DNA from: an uncultured Candidatus Saccharibacteria bacterium
GTDB taxonomy: Bacteria > Patescibacteriota > Minisyncoccia > Phycocordibacterales > UBA9973
Direction: 5' to 3'
DNA: 44,603 nt
Assembly (NCBI GenBank): GCA_964385945.1
Contig: CAYLQJ010000002.1
Location: forward strand, 1 to 44,603
Shown here piece by piece: positions 44,155-44,603 of the stretch (its first letter is position 1; the number at the start of each line of letters is the position of its first letter). The position numbers and the translations under genes are program-made. The notes beneath the pieces were generated by a model that had not been told where the DNA came from, searched no databases, and saw only the letters and a program-made list of their open reading frames with translations.

Positions 44155-44603
44155 ATGAAAATTCTAAACACTATCTTAGACATTGTTTTCCCCAATTATT
44201 GTATTATTTGCTCTCAGAAAGGACCCACCCTTTGTATTAATTGCTTGAGCCGGGCCCAACTCTCAGAAAAAGAAGTAGATCCATACATATACCCTATTTA
44301 TGATTATAGAGATATTATCATCAAAAAATCTATTTGGAATTTAAAATACAAAAACAAGAAAGATTTATCTAAAATATTTGCCGATATACTTTATGCGAGA
44401 ATGTTAGAAGAATTAGCCGACCTCGAGATGCTGGAGAATTTCAAAGACCCCATATTAATCCCCATTCCCCTTTCTAAAAAAAGATTAAGGGAACGAGGTT
44501 ATAATCAAAGTCTTCTCATAGCCCTAGAATTAGAAAAAATAAATAAAAATAAAAACCAAAAAATGAGCTACAGATTATTAAAAAATGTTTTGATAAAAAA
44601 TAA
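44155..44603 (+). CDS. comFC: ComF-family protein (ComFC-type phosphoribosyltransferase), N-terminal part; ORF open at window end
   Basis: My translation is MKILNTILDIVFPNYCIICSQKGPTLCINCLS... (CxxC...CxxC) and ...PIPLSKKRLRERGYNQS (typical ComFC block). No stop before base 44603. Confidence 0.75.
   Translation, partial: MKILNTILDIVFPNYCIICSQKGPTLCINCLSRAQLSEKEVDPYIYPIYDYRDIIIKKSIWNLKYKNKKDLSKIFADILYARMLEELADLEMLENFKDPILIPIPLSKKRLRERGYNQSLLIALELEKINKNKNQKMSYRLLKNVLIKN

Overview
AT-rich, gene-dense bacterial window. It has almost no Shine-Dalgarno motifs, many domain-reduced housekeeping proteins and a secretin-less type IV pilus operon. By eye this fits a reduced CPR/Patescibacteria-like genome (inference; there is no rRNA gene here to confirm it). 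Housekeeping genes recognised: rnr, a DD-carboxypeptidase/CapA fusion, rnc-smc (smc lacks a hinge), a NusB-Nudix fusion, rpmF, thrS, gyrB, pheST, trhO, a CYTH protein, a UvrD-type helicase fused to a PD-(D/E)XK nuclease, truB, a YtxH/DUF948 pair, tRNA-Ser(GGA) and ligA. A 14-kb minus-strand operon follows: pilM-N-O-(orf)-pilB-receiver-pilT-pilC-pilA-pilA-pilD, three minor pilins and a PilX-like gene, ending in ligA. A divergent comFC runs off the window end. Most unusual observations: (1) The ~3 kb between convergent thrS and gyrB is a stack of three like-oriented modules: thrS 3' tail (real or relic), hairpin terminator, small orphan minus-strand ORF, near-identical promoter/operator block. 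It also holds a displaced gyrB 3' tail and a perfect 12-bp palindrome at one junction. This is the footprint of repeated cassette insertion or recombination at a protein-gene 3' end. (2) An orphan ~85-nt fragment of 23S rRNA domain I sits between a -10-like box and a perfect intrinsic terminator. (3) A RayT-like HUH transposase is flanked by two REP-like hairpins. (4) A -10 box lies exactly 6 nt upstream of the ATG at six or more genes, suggesting leaderless mRNAs. (5) A secreted protein is built from 18-residue (3 x hexapeptide) repeats encoded by near-perfect 54-bp tandem repeats. All functional calls rest on motifs read by eye; no searches were run.
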